The notes under the pieces: model-generated
What the model saw: the letters and a program-made list of their open reading frames with translations, nothing else
What the model was told of the DNA's origin: nothing
The model's database searches: none
Part shown: positions 39,594 to 54,984 of the stretch, one piece after another
Numbering within the stretch: the first letter of the stretch is position 1
How the letters are laid out: every line of letters starts with the position of its first letter
Made by a program: the position numbers and the translations under genes
Assembly (NCBI GenBank): GCA_951406725.2
Contig: OX597816.1
Coordinates: 110,732,001-110,796,000, forward strand
Source of the DNA: Octopus vulgaris
Taxonomy: Eukaryota
DNA length: 64,000 nucleotides
Reading direction: 5' to 3'

Positions 39594-40710
39594 CACGGCC
39601 AAAGCAATATTATCAACATGAAAGCAAATGAGAATATGTGCAAAAAAGAATACGTATAGCTATCTGTATAACTTCTACACATCGTAATTAAATACTTAAT
39701 CTGAAAAGAAGTTGAAGTTCATAGTGGAATAATCATTTTCAATAACTCTAGCATGGCTTACATACATAAGAATAGGTACAATCGACCTAAAAGTAATAAC
39801 ATGAGATTTGGTTTCTTGCACATAACGTGACCTGTAGAAATTAATTTGTTTACAAGCGATAGATTATCGTAGTTTTATTGCATAGTATTTTTATGTGGTT
39901 CACTATATTTGAAGAAATATGGCTGCACATCTACTGATTATGACGAGTGTATTCTATATAGAGTATTAAATATTTAATGAGTCAAAAGAAGACACTATTG
40001 AACTTCTGAGAAGTGAAACAAAGGCACTCATTACAGCAGTTCTTGTAACACAATGGGCGAGTAGAAAGATGTCCGTCTCGTAGGTATTTATTAATATAAA
40101 TAAATGTGCTTAGATCCTCACCTCAGAAATAAGCATGGGACTCATGGCAGATGGTAAGTAACAGATCAGCAGTTAAATAATATGAGAACATTTTTAGTGG
40201 CTGGTTTTACTCTAAGACAACATCATGCGCGTAAAGATGTGTGGATGACATAAAATAACATAAAATGCGTGAGACCATCTCGGTTGATATACATGAAACT
40301 TTGGCTCACTAATGTTTAGAATTTACATTCATTTACAAAACTTACCTTGTGCAGAATACCTAATTAGACACAAAAACCCCAAATTCAAACACACAATGAG
40401 TAAATGAAAAGAATCAAAATATAAATGAAATTTAGGGGTTTCAAGAGATTTCCTGTCTTTATATTTAGATCAATAAATATCCAAATGAATCTTTTATTCC
40501 GAAATAGAAGTTTAATGGTTTCATTAATGTTTATCTTTTATAAATTTATTCTGAGGAATAATTTTAATTCATTCATTGGAGATAAATACGAAATTATTAT
40601 AACAAAATTGATTGCTTCCTTTCTAGATATAGTCTATTAGAGGCAGAGAAAAACAGGTGGATAAATATAAACACAGACACTAATGCACGGAACCATATAA
40701 TTTACTGAGA

Positions 40711-40742
<32 letters not shown>

Positions 40743-40974
40743 TATACACAAGTATGCACAGATGTGTGTACACACAGACATCCGAACACGTTCATATATG
40801 TACCAATGTTTGTATATATATTTGGGTGTATATATCTACATATACATGTGTGTCTGCCGTTTCATTGTGAAAACAAATATATATTATATTTATTTGCATG
40901 CCCACATTGTTGCACATCCCTTATGCATAGTTATGCATAAACACACGCAAATATATATATATGTGTGTGGGTGT

Positions 40975-41197
40975 GTGTATAGATAGATACAGACAGAGAC
41001 AGATATAAAGACACAGACAGATAGATAGATAGATACATACATACATACATGCATACATACCTACACACACACACATATACATATATACATACATACATAC
41101 ACACGCACATGCATACATACATACATGGATGGATGGATGGATGGATGGATGGATGGATGGATGGACGGACGGATGGACGGACGGACGGACGGACGGA
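40975..41197. repeat. compound GATA/CATA/TGGA/CGGA microsatellite
   Basis: Directly visible. Confidence 0.92.
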
Positions 41198-43453
41198 TAT
41201 GCAAATAGATGGAACAATAAGAATTTCACTTTGATTGAATAAAGGTTTACTTTGAGACAGACGCCGGATTAAGCAGATGAATCCATAAAAAAACTATACT
41301 GTGTAGAATGAATATGTTTGTTTAAAATAGAAAAATTATTTTATTTGTATTTTTAACCATTTCCATTGCAAAATTTAATTAGATTTTATATTACCATCTT
41401 GTCTTCAAAATCTAATTTTTTGAGGTTTCCTGTTCTATATTCGGCTTGTGTGAATGAATTAATCATAGTTTGTGATCATATTGAGCGAAGTTCTCAGGAA
41501 GTGTGCCACTACCTTCTCTTTCCTAGCTACATCAAAAGAAATAGTAATAGGAAAAATAAAATTAGGAGTAGGAAAACAAAGCCAGAAACGTGTCATCTAA
41601 CATTAGACATTAAAACAATTAAATACACAACAAATGCAAGCATAATGGCTTTTATTAATAAAATGTTGGGAGCCATTACAGAGATGTATGAAACATATAT
41701 AGAAATTACAGACAAAAGCAAAGTATAATTCAGTTTTGTTTCCGAATATTTATAGAAATTAATTCTTTTTTTTTTCTATTAAGGTTTTTGTTTGATGTGG
41801 AAGGTTTTTATACATTACACTTACTAAAAAGTGTTTTCAGACTATTATGGGTTCAAATGGTACGGAATATTTCTTTGAATATTAGCATTAATTTTTCAAG
41901 TATTGTTCATGAGTGAATGTTTTTTCCAGTTGTGACCACTGAAACATGAAATGCAAGAGATGTTAACTAGTTAGCTAAAGATAAATAGAATACTGTACTT
42001 TGATGAACGAACACAAAAGAATGCTTTTAGCTGGATTCGAATTTACAACGTTTCCAACAAAATGCTAACTTTGATTCACTGTGTATCTATTAGGCGTCAC
42101 TATTAGCTTTATTTGAACTCGCTAAATTTGATTAGGATTATGTTAAGAATTACAGGTTCTTATAGAGACACGTATACTTAAAGCATTACCTAATGTCATT
42201 CAGAAAAGCAAAACAACCCATAAAAATATAATACTGAAACTCTATGTGCTATATATTACCACGTGCAAACTTATCAATATCATCTTTATCATCACGACGG
42301 TCATCATCTTCTGCAACACTGATTTCACCTCTTCACTAATGGATTCAGCATGGCTTTCGGTTTCAAATTTCCCCTATTATGTGACGTTAACAAGCAATGA
42401 GGTTAGCTCCTTATTTAGTGTCAGCCATTTAATAGCTAGTTTAGTGATGAGGTCGTATTTTCTCGGCCACATTGAAACTTTATAAGTTATAAAACATATA
42501 TAACACAGGATGATTTCTAAATAAATTATCGGGATTTCTCAATACAACCTTCCATTTGACGATGGCACTGAAGAATGGCAGCGGAAATTTAAACCCTCAA
42601 TTATCTTATTTACTTATACGCATGGACAAGAGTAAATTCCTCAAGAATGTGTAATGAACAGTTATGCTTATTTATTGAATGAAGAAAACCGTTGGAATAT
42701 CATGGGTAAACGTACTTGTACAACCTGTACGATTTTAATGGGTTCTGATGATTGTTTGTGTTTTTAATTATTTACAAAGCTAAGTAGGTGAAATACGATA
42801 AAATTGGAAGAAACTGAAGGGGCTAATAGTGGTATTTAGTAGATAGATATTCATATTTCACACAAAAATTCAGATTTTAGGACAAATGTCCAGAGAATGA
42901 GATATTTTCTCCTAATAACAAATGGTGGAATTGGAGTAAAAACATGTTCTACAGGTCTCTCTCCTCTGTCAATGGTTTTTTTCTCGGATATTTTTAGTTA
43001 AATATTTTTTATCGAATTTTAAGTTAACTGAGTGCCACATTTTGGTGTGGAATTTATATTATAATACAGGTTGATGAGATGTTCTTTTATTCATTAGCAT
43101 TTCCATATTCGAATACTGTATTGGTCATTTGATAATTACTCTTACATTTAATGAAGATCGTCCAATAATGCTTATATGATATTTGCTTTGTTAGAATATT
43201 TAATGGAGTGGAAATATTTCGTAGCACATAATTCTTCTTCAGATAAATATACAATGCTGAAGCAGCTTACTCAAAGAATTGAACATTCTACGCACTAAAA
43301 TATAGGCAAAAAAATTTTAATAAGTAAACTATAACGATACCAGAGCCATCACTATAACTTTAGCACATATATATAACTTACAGCTCATAGGTGTTAAAAT
43401 CCAGCAGGCGATGTTACATCTTTCCACATTCAATATTCAATTTCGGTTCCCCC

Positions 43454-43489
<36 letters not shown>

Positions 43490-43589
43490 TCCTCTAATTA
43501 TGATTAGGTCACAACTTATTATGTTGCTATGCTAGTACATAATCCTTCTCCTTATGCTATCTCTCCCACCCTCTCTCTCTCCATATATA

Positions 43590-43672
<83 letters not shown>

Positions 43673-46600
43673 CTACATCAAATAGCGTATGAGAAGTTCA
43701 GACAGGTTAGTGCTCATGCACAAGCAAACAATTTGGACTGGCGGTTCTTAATGTCAAAAATGGAATTATAAATGATTTAAACAGAAGTGAGTATAAATAT
43801 AATTAAACAGACTAGACAGGAAACAAAGGCACATTATAGTGCTATTACTTATTGAAAGAATGGTTGATATCCAGTATCTTGATGACTTAGTTGGATACCG
43901 CAAAGAAAAGAGAGCAGAATCTAGGTAAAACGTCACAGTACTTCTTCATAGATAGGAGGATATCAAGAGTTTTCTTAATCTAACATCATAGATGCGAGAA
44001 AGTGGCATCTAGGAAATAATTTACAGTTGTTTCTGGGTATCGGAATGGATCTTCCGTTGACTTTAAATCACAATCTTTACCTACATATGTTCATAATTTT
44101 GTACTAATCGTGTGTACTACATCTTTATATGTTACTCTAGCTACGCGTTTCAAATTTGCAACATAGCATAGTCTACTATCAGATGTTATGACAATCCTTT
44201 TTTATATTATACTTTATTTAATGTTTGTTTACGTCATTAATTCATTGTTAATTAGTTATATAATAATTCGCCTCTACACACTACAACAACTTTATAACTT
44301 GACCATCTCTTGCTCTCATTTGTATTGACATTGTAATGTTGAAGTTTTACTGAGGCCCTCGTTCCTTTGCACATATGGGATACTGCTATGTATAACAAAG
44401 TAAGCCCCAATCTTGGGAAATTAAGCTTCTCATATTTATCCATAATACATCCTTACATTCAAACATAATCATTCACACATCCTTTTGCTCATGGATTCTG
44501 AGACATTCATAAAACATATGCACATATATTTACATTATAAACACATAATTATACATCTGCGTATACAAACTATACACAAAAACTAATTCAATGACCTAAA
44601 ATATTATGTAATTTGAAGTTGTTAAAATAATAGTATATTTTGTTTTAGATGGCGGCAAGAATAGATTTAACCGGAAGCCATCTTTCAAGCACATTTTGAA
44701 ATATCTCTTTTACATAAAGCAGCTGAAAATTGCTTCGGCTTTGAGCTCGGTATTAACAGTAAATATAATATGAAAATATAAATGTGTATAAGGCTTTTGT
44801 CTAATGTGTCGAATACATACACACACACACATATGTATATATACAAATCCTTGTTTATAAACGTACGCATGAGCACACATGAGTACATATGATCACATAT
44901 ATCTACATCTATCTATCTTATATATAGACATACATACATACATACGTACATACATACATATATATATATATATATGTGTGGGGGGTATGTATGCATGTAA
45001 GAATGTATATATGCATTATTAATGTAAATATACTTTTATGAATATGTGTGTAAGTGTGTGTGTACACTTGTTCTCCAATTCATGTAACTCTTAAAAGTGG
45101 GCTTCTTTATATTAGATTGTATATTTTATTTAAAATGTAACTCTCTCAAAATACATCTGGGAATATGGCTACCTATCAGGTGTCATATTTTTCAAACACG
45201 TTTTAACACAAATAAGATGTACTCTTGACAGCTGTAAACTGACTACATAATATTGCTCTTTAGTTAAACTATTTTGTTACTTTAGGGATATGAGTGTTGG
45301 CAACATTGACAGAGCAACACTCTAAACAATCTGCCTAATTTAATTTCATTCTAAGTTGAAATTCCTACTGGGCTTTTCTTTAACTTATATCCCTCTGAAG
45401 ACAATAAAATAAACACTTTAGTTTACTGAAACCGATTGATTTACCTTAACGTTTTCTCTAGAAAACATTGCTTTGCCTCTCTTAAAACTAAAATTCATTT
45501 CATTTTTTTTTTTTTTTGCTTTACATTTTTGACCTTTCACATTTTCAAAGTTTGTTTTTATCGTTTCTTTGATATTTAGAGTTTGTCTTCATATCGTAGT
45601 GAACAACATTTTCCCGATCAACAGTGGACAAAATGTAATCACCAACTGATGTTCACTTATATGGAGCTGCCTAATATTGACACGGTTGTGTTTCGACTGA
45701 AACGGCTGTGCATAAGAAATCTCTTCCACGTTTTGTAAAACTGGCGTTCACTATAGTTTTTGAGACAAATCAGTTAACTTTCTCTAGAAATTGATACTCT
45801 GCTTCAGCTGAGAAAATGAAAATAACATCAGTTGATACACGGAATTATCTGTAAAAGTACTTCCATTCTAAAATTAAGAAACTTCCGAAATGTATATGGT
45901 GACCATATTGTAAACACCCACGTAGAATTGGCGTCATCAGCCCCAAGGAAACATTCACTCGGCGTAAACTATTAATTGTTCATTTCCTAATCTGACGCCA
46001 TTTCGTCTTGGTTCGATGCGACTCTGGCTGTTCTCTCCAAGAATTATTGGACACCAAAAATTTATGAACTGACATTTTTCGCTTATTCATATTTAGGTCA
46101 TATTTTTACATACCATTGCTAAGTGAACACAATCTCTTTTTAACCCAAGTTCTATTCTTCGTTATAGTCCTTCAAAATCGTTTGGGAATTTTTCTTATTC
46201 CCAGTTTTCTATGACCTCAGTAAATCTTTTCACTTTTAGATGATATGTCTAACTTTGAAAGAGTAAAGCATAAATAATATATTACAGGTGATAAATATAT
46301 AAAAAAAGTATTATTCCCTCTTGTGTGGAACAAAACAGGCATTTGTTTCAGATTGATGAACAGAACTAACTTGAGTAACAGGACATATGTTGCTATCTTG
46401 AACAAATACTTTCTCTTCTGTGTGATTTAGATCTCAAGACAGATTCTTTGTCTTTAAGGTGTAACAATATTCTAGGTAAATGATTTCAATCAGACGTATG
46501 TATACATGAAGAAAGGTTATATAGCTAGAGATAGATAACTCGATTGTAACTGATGAAATCAGATATATCAAAGGATGTTAAAGAGCAAATAGAGGGCAAT

Positions 46601-49600
46601 TTAAGGTGGTTCTGTGTGTGTATGACACAGTGATATATGTGATAAGAAATATACATTTGATTTTGACTGGATACCATGCATTATCACGCAATACACAAAT
46701 AACACTGAGCAGTGCTTTGGAGATACATCCCCGCTAAATATTATCTTTCACAATTCATTTGATAATAATTTACTCTCACTTTAGTTATTCATGTCTTATA
46801 AATACGTAGTACTATTCCATTAAATTTCAGTAAAATCTTGGAACTTGTAATAATTATCTGGATTTATATAATATGTTAAATATTTTGGTTATACTTTAAC
46901 ATATAGTATTTTTATGCATACTGTTACATAGCTCGTTTTATCTTAACAGTGTCTCTCTTTTTATTTTTTGATAAAGTTTGTATTTGTATTTTTCAAGTAC
47001 ACTCTTTTTTTTCGCACTATATATACCTAATATAGAAAATATCGTTGTTTCCTTTCGAATTAATGACCGTAAAGCAGTAAAATGCAGATCCTTAATAAAA
47101 CACAAGTACCAGAACATTCGCAGTTTAGATCCTATTGTTAGTGAACATACGTTACTACCTGTGTTCATACAGGCCCTAATCAATCAGACATATGTCTATA
47201 TGTACGTATTATGCATATATTGATATTGTACATAACCGTTAATATTCTTTACTTTCAACTATTTTTGCAAGTTGATAGAGATGAGGTTTTTCTTTTGACT
47301 ATTCTTCACTGGAAGTCCCACAGAGTGTAAATTTGTATTTGTTCCCTACTAACTGACATTCAGTGTGCGTATTTATTTCAACTAAATTTTATAACCTAAT
47401 AAATTATTTTATGTTTTGCTATTCTTCGACTTGTTATGTTCCAGCAATTTTATATTGCTTTGCAATTCAATACACGACACAGGGGGACTCCGACCATCTT
47501 TGTAATGGCCAAAAATATAAGAGAAATGTTTAGGACTTTCTCAAACACAGAAACATTTTTCTGACAGTTTTGTCAGGTAAGTTTAACATAGAAGTGGGAT
47601 TAAATTCTTAATAACAGGTAAAGCACATTAATGTATCAATATCTAATGCTTTCGCAGCATCAATCGCTAGATAACGTCAATCGGAGGATTTATAGAGAAT
47701 TGAAAGTATTCGACCACATGCTTTGTTGTATTAACGGTTCTTTATTTCGTGAGTTTAAATCCTACTAAAGTTAGTTTTAATTTCATTCTTCCAGACGTTA
47801 TAAAATATATTATTAATCGTATACCTTGAGCAATATAATAGAATATAATTCACTTTATTGACATCAAAAAATGTGACCGTATATATGGAATTATCTGTGT
47901 GACCGTTTTTATGGAATTATCTGTACAGCTACTTGTTGATATTTCAACGTCACTTGCGCTCATCTTACTTGCGTCCATGTACAATATAAATGTTTTCACA
48001 ATATTTTATTGTATTTGTTCATTCTTAAAAGTAATCAGTTTCTTTTTGTCTGTAAACATTGCTTTTTATGAACAGGAAGTTTTGCTATGGCAATATATAG
48101 AAACTCAGTAGACCGAATAAATCCATGAAATGTAATAAAGTAAATATTTCATGACAGTAAGTAAAATTGAGTTGTGAAGTAGTAAGCTATGAAGTAGCTT
48201 AGTAGTATGGAAACGTAGTGTAGTGAAATATATATTTGGAGAGAATTTCTAATATTACATTCTCCCTCTTTCAATATTCTATACGATGTTGAATGAATAA
48301 ATAAATAAATGAAGCTAATATCCTTTTCACTTTCTTCTCCTATAGGATCCAAAGATTCTATTTCCCATTTGGTGTATTCATTTTAACAACATGAAAATGC
48401 TTTAAAGGGTTCTAGAAATATACATGAAGATTCAATTTCCATAAGTTAATCAAAATATAAGAAGGGTTTCTGTTGAAGAAAGAAATTGCCATACAAGTAG
48501 TTTGAATAAGCAAATGCTTTATAAAATATGAAGAAAAATACATTGAAACAACGGTAAATGGAATAATTATCAGAAAAATCGGAAACATTTTTTTATTTAA
48601 AGAATGCTATTTTATTTTTGTCTTTAAAATGTCATCAATAAAAGGAAAACTCAAAAATCCTTTGTCTACAAAACGGAAAGATAGAAATGGAATTATTTTA
48701 CCCCAAATTTCTTGAATTGCAAGATGCAAAGTTAATTTAATGCTTTGCTCAAGGGAGCAGTTATTTAGAGAAGCATAGAAAATGTCCATGTGACTTAAAG
48801 GAAAGTTAAATGCGTCATTTTCTTCCCCACATCCCAACTGAGGAAATCGATATTACTTTCTTTAATGCGTTCTATTATAAAATTATGGTAACGATATTTT
48901 GTTACATTTTTCAGCACTGAAACCAGTGCTATTTAGCATGCATACAGATTAAAATCACACATCTCATACACACGACAGCAAAATAATAAATCGACCGATG
49001 CAATACTAGCCACTAAATGTAAAATTATCAAGAAACACTGTCATGCGGACAACAGCTATGAACTATAAATACTACTAATGCATTATCTTGCCTATTGAAT
49101 ATAGTCAACCATTTACTTAAACATGAAAAACTATATAAGTATCCTCATTATCATCAATAGTTTTACTGATATGTACACCACTAATTCAAAATGCATTATA
49201 ACAACCACGTTTACATCATATTCCCGTTGATCCTCCATTATATGGTCACCATAAGAACATTCATAAGTCAGATTAATGCCAGCCTTTTCAAATTTGACAA
49301 CTTCTTACTTTTTACCCATCATTTATAGAGTGTACTTATTGCGGATTTTTGGAAACATGTAGATATTTAAACAAAACACTATAATGTTACTAAGTAAACA
49401 TCATTTCTACAGTTACTCTCGTGGAACAATATCAGCTTATATTACCTAACACGAGGTAAACGCAGAGAAAATGCAGTGGAATACAGTGGGTTTAGGCGTG
49501 ATGCGTCACAATTAGACAAGAAACTAACCTGTCTTGTGTGTCCTTCACACATTCACGCACATACCTCTTTGGGGCTTGATGATTTGCAATATAATTGTTT

Positions 49601-50989
49601 GATTATCTTAATTCTTTCTCTTGTAAACAACGTACTAGCGGCTGAGAATTCGAGAGACACGGTTGCTGAAGAAGTGTGATTAAATATGATACATCAGGAC
49701 GTTTACAGTACCGGTGCAGCCTCGTGTGAATGAGAGCTTGATAGATTGAATGGGAGAAATAGATACAGAAGGGTCCAAGTTAGTACTGTTCTAATTCCGT
49801 ATTTACGTAGTTATCTCCAAAACATGTATCCCAGGCAAAATTGTAGTCGGTGGGATTTGAAAATCTGAATATCAGAAGGTATTCTAATGCGATTTTTATT
49901 TCTATCCGTCTCTTATGAAACCACAATGTTATAAAAACTATTTCTTCTTCCTCAAAATTACGTTTCCACTAGTTGAACATCACCTAGAATTTGGAACGAG
50001 AATTTGGAAACAAAGTATCTGTTACGTTGAATATGCTCTATACATCGCCTAGAATCATTCTTTCCCTTATATATTCTTAGTACTACCAAACACCACAAAT
50101 GACAAACCTTTTCTCGGTTCTCAAAGCATCCATAATATGCAAGACAATTCAGTATCCTTTACTTCCTTCTATAAGTATCACCGAAATAAACCATCAGCTT
50201 CCTTAGACAGTGTCCTTTGTACATTTAATCAGAGAGGCATTGCTGCCGTAGAGCTATGTCATGATATTATATCACATTAATATCTAACGTTTAGCATTTT
50301 TCGACGTTGTATATCGCATTATATTGACCCTACAACTTGTTGGAAAATTTAAGCTCACAACTCGGGAATGGTAAACTGGAGATTTCAATGTCATTTGAAC
50401 TCAGAATGTAGAGGGATCTGAGTATTTTGCTTCGTTGTTCAAATATTTTTGAGATGGTACTGACTTACATGTCACATTTATCATAGTACAATATTCGTTC
50501 AGTGATAAAATTATAGACTAGACAAGGAAAACACAGGTTAAATATCGACATTCAAGTACTTCATTGTTTTGAAATTAATGTAAAATGTAGTTTCGGGCTC
50601 TCTAATATCCACTGCAAACTACCATACACGAAACTTCTGTTTCTTCTGTTTATTTATTTTATATATCCTGCTGGATGCATAAGATCATCCTCTTTTCACC
50701 AGTAATTGTCAGAATGTTAAAACCTAGCATGTCTACACGGAAATACGTAATCGAGATTTTAGGTATCCTGTTTGAATCGTTTCTCTCATGAACATTGTAA
50801 GAATGTCTCGTATCCGAAACGAAATCATATTAGTTGTTGACATTATATACATGGATATTCTAAAGTGGCAGAACAAAATACGGGATTATGACTGGTGTTT
50901 CCGCATACATTTGATGCACATTTCATTCAAATTGAATGCATATCATATAATTTTCCTCCTTCTCTCTCTCATACACACATACACACGTA

Positions 50990-51136
50990 CTTACACACTT
51001 ATGATAGGCTTCCACAGAGTTTCTGTCTACCAGCCTCACACAAGACATTACTAGGCCTGTAACTAAAGCAGGAAACACTTGCCCAAGTGTCTGCAAAGTG
51101 GGAGTGAACAATGACCTTCTTAACCACACAGCTATG
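50990..51136 (-). mobile_element. SINE family 2, degraded 5' portion
   Basis: ACACTTGCCCAAG...AGTGGGAGTGAAC...CTTAACCACACAGCTATG matches the family head. Confidence 0.65.
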
Positions 51137-51309
51137 ATTAGCTTGAGTCCTTACTGTAGTACTACATATTTGAAACCCTGAAAGTTTATGTCAGTGCGTT
51201 TATAGGAAAAATAATCAGCACAAACTACTATATAGTAAGAACAGTTATAACAAATGCCATACAATGAAAATTCTTGAAGTTTTAAAATTTTCTCCGCCTG
51301 TACAGTAGG

Positions 51310-51560
51310 TGTTGTAATTATGAACTGCCAATTGAGGCTTGCTTCATAGAAGATGGTGTCCTCTTGTAATATAGTCCCTGCTTCCTTTGTCTACAGTTGA
51401 TGAGGTTGGGTCGCTGTTAGGGTGATGATGTCTAATGAGGGTAAAAACCCGTCACTAACTATATTCTTATATCCAGAAAATTCATTTGTTATTTTCCTTC
51501 ATGGCATGTCAACTTTGAAGAACACTTGATTCTTTTGATTATCTCCATTTCACACGATGA
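51310..51560 (-). pseudogene. possible degraded RTE RT fragment
   Basis: IITPNSD and ILQEDT recall TPDGET and VLQGDT. Confidence 0.3.
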
Positions 51561-52807
51561 GCTTCTCATAACTTCTATTTGGCAATTACGACATAGAAAC
51601 AAAAGTATAAATGGGGATATATATAGACTCATTATTCAATGCATGTCTAGCATTTCCGAGAATAAAGTAGGAATTGTGATAGAAACCCCTTAAACATTCA
51701 CTATAAAGGAAAAGGTATACATGGGATCTATGCGACAATGCTTGCAACTGGGAAAGTCACCGGAGGGACGATATAAGCATTATTCATGCAAATCTAAGCA
51801 GTAGGAACCTTTCTTTCTCGTAGTATTCGCAAATTGTAGTAGCAATAAAATAATTAAAGTAATCACATAATTTCACTAAAAGTTTTTAATTAAACACAAC
51901 CGTATTGTTACAAAACCATGCGGAGGAAAGTAATTTCAATCGGAAAAATAAATTTGCTGAGCCCTCAAAGAGTTTAAATTGTCTTCATGCAACGGTAATT
52001 AATTTCGAATTAAAGTAATCTATAAATGCGATATCACTGATCCAAACCAAGAACAGGTATTATATTGTTATCGCAGAGAATCAATTTGAGATCTACTATA
52101 ATATCCACAACAATACACCTGCTCACAAAAATTGAGGTAAAATTATATCATTAGCAAACTATATAACGACAGTATATTTAAGGGTTACTCATTTCAAACT
52201 GTAAATGTTTATGCATTTCAAACGTAATTGCATTTCATCTTATAGCACTAGTTTATATTTTGTCTTGCCACCAATCTGCCTACATGTATTTCATATGTAA
52301 TCTATAGGAATACATCATACAATTATAGCACATTAATTTTTAAAATAGTATCTTAAAGATAACGTATTCACACACACGCACGCACACATGAATATATACA
52401 CGACAACACGCGCGCCCATATATATATGGGAGAGGTGTGTATAAATGCTTGTTTTTCCCTCACGAACTGATTAGTGTATGGGGCATGTATTCAATTCCCA
52501 GAGCAGCGTGCTGTGTCCTTAAGCAATGCATTTCTATGAATGCTATTTAAGTCTACGTTGCTGAGAATGAATAGAAGCAATGAGGTATGCATCCCTCCAG
52601 CTGTCCTCACCTCAGTATTTCTTTTCTTCAATGGATGGAGGACAACGTAATTCCGAATTGCATTCCTTTCTAAAACAATTAGTACCATCATGGTACGTGT
52701 TAGCAGGTCACTAACGATTGCCATTGCGAGATAGGTTTCAGGTACTTCATACTTAAACACACAAATATACAGGCATTCACACACGCGCGCATACACACAC
52801 ACACGCG

Positions 52808-52839
<32 letters not shown>

Positions 52840-52999
52840 CAACAGAGACGCAAACACACATATACATATATGGTCCAAAAGTACACAAAAAAAACAAATA
52901 TAACATGAAAAACAGTCAGGTGCTGTAACCAGAAAACAGGGGTATTATTTCGAAGCTCAGGGAAGACAGAAGATGTCATTGACAATGCTAGTGTATGTG

Positions 53000-53047
<48 letters not shown>

Positions 53048-53051
<4 letters not shown>

Positions 53052-53175
53052 CAATAATATGTTACATTACTCGATAGTCAAGATAAAACTCTGAGTTTCA
53101 GATGCCGATGTGGGAATCCACGACATCTCTTCGGTTTTATCTTGACTATCGAGTAATGTAACATATTATTGTATA
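53048..53175 (-). ncRNA. perfect 42-bp inverted repeat enclosing a hammerhead-like motif
   Basis: Arms 53048-53089 and 53134-53175. Minus strand: AGATAAAA-CCGAAGA-GATGTCG-(13 nt)-CGGCATC-TGAAA-CTCAGAG-TT-TTATCT. Confidence 0.6.
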
Positions 53176-53245
53176 GATAAATTTCCTCTATTTACATAAT
53201 ATTGAGGTCTCTTTCTTTCTTTTGTTATCTTACCGTTTTAGTGTG

Positions 53246-53291
<46 letters not shown>

Positions 53292-53346
53292 CATACACAC
53301 ACAAACACACACACGCACACACGCACACACACACACACACGCACAT

Positions 53347-53382
<36 letters not shown>

Positions 53383-53443
53383 TACAATTATTATTTATAT
53401 TACTATATGACTGAACGCCACGCGTCCTTTTCCAAGTAATTGC

Positions 53444-53506
<63 letters not shown>

Positions 53507-53509
<3 letters not shown>

Positions 53510-54243
53510 CTTAGAATAACTTAGAAAGGTTTTGGCCAGTATTGGCCCAGGCCATGTCTAACTTAATAGCACCACCTGGCGAAGTATTTCAGTTCAGGAT
53601 TTGGGCACCAAGGCCCATTCGAGCAGAGAGTTATTGTTTGCGGAGACATATCCGGGTGTGGGTGGTTTGTCCGGTACTGTTTGAAGGAATTTGTCCAAAG
53701 ACTTCTTGAATTTTGTGTGGTCAGTTTCTTTTTTGACGTGTCCTGGTGTAATGTTGAAGAGAGCGGGTCCAATTGAGGTGAAATAGTTGTGCCGTATTGT
53801 CGTTATGTGATGCGATTTAGATTTTTGTTGTGGACGGATGGCACGTGGTCCAAGCTTTGGATGCATTTTGAAGGTGATGCCAACATCATTCGGACAGTGC
53901 TGATGGAATATTTTCCTCATCATACAGATAACGTAGCGTTCACGGCGTCGTTGGAGTGAATACAATTTCAGCTTCTCTAGTCTACCCCAGTAGTCAAGGT
54001 CTGACATGCCATCTATCTTTTTTGTGATTGACCTTTGGGGAGCTTCAATTCTCATAATATTTTGCTTTGTGTAGGGAGACCACAGTGGACAGCAGTATTC
54101 AAGGTGGGGTCGGGCAAAAGTGGAGAAGAGAAGGATAATAGCGTGGGAATCTCTCGACTGGAAGGTTCTGAGAATCCAGGAACACACTCTGCGGGCCATG
54201 TCAACTTTGCTGCTTATATGTGTAGCCCACTGAATGTCTCTCG
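53507..54243 (-). mobile_element. CR1-clade LINE, 5'-truncated 3' end
   Basis: Open frame with WATHI...LFSTFARPHLEYCCPLWSP...IEAPQRSITKKI...RLEKLKLYSLQRRRER; short 3' UTR ending (TTCTAAGTTA)2 at (TA)n. Confidence 0.92.
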
Positions 54244-54984
54244 TTGAGAGATTTACAAACAGAAATCGCGATACACAGATAGTATGTCGTATAGCCAGTT
54301 GGAGACGATGTTTCCTGGGGCTAAATATCAATAACATTCGTCTTAACCAGGACTGCTATGTTGTGTTGAGAAATAATTTTTATTTATGATCTGCGATATC
54401 ATAACTTATATTACCCCCACTTAAAGGCATTACCTTAATGCCAAGCTCTATCAGAATTTCTTTCTCAGTACTTAGTTGTTTTAGTTTGTTTGTTTCTATA
54501 CTAGATACTCAAATGATCATAACCAAATTCCTATCAGTGGAATGCTGTAACTATGTTACCGGCTTTCGTAATTCATATAAGTTTTATGGTATTTTATATA
54601 TATTGCATTATTTCGATACTGAACTCAGCAGAAACTTAAACAAATTGTTAATCTATCGATATAAAAATCACTGGTTTCACACATCCTGCAACCACGGTGA
54701 ATATTTTACCATGGTTTTTCATACAAATACAGTATCTATATCCTTGCTTTTAGCCTTAACAAAGAATGCTATTAAGACGTATTATATATATAAATTATCC
54801 TCTATCAACCACGTTGCTAGTTAATTACAGCTCTGTACCGAAGGCTAAACATGAAATATAAAGAGAGACGCTGCATACAAGCCTGGGAATCAAAATTACT
54901 ACCCAACAATTTTGACCCAAAAATCTATACGAGCCATCACTACTATTCGATAGAGTGTAATTGCTTTTCCAGACATTGAAAGTT

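Noticed and set aside
45934-45940. CTGATGA on minus (and on plus near 46550)
   Set aside because: No stem II followed by GAAA, so not a hammerhead.
47470-47582. Plus-strand donor CAG|GTAAGT (also ATG|GTAAGT near 40150)
   Set aside because: At 47470 upstream frames contain stops; at 40150 the acceptor is poor.
54244-54337. N-terminal part of the 247-aa ORF as a real gene start
   Set aside because: Chance in-frame flank upstream of the CR1 5' truncation point.
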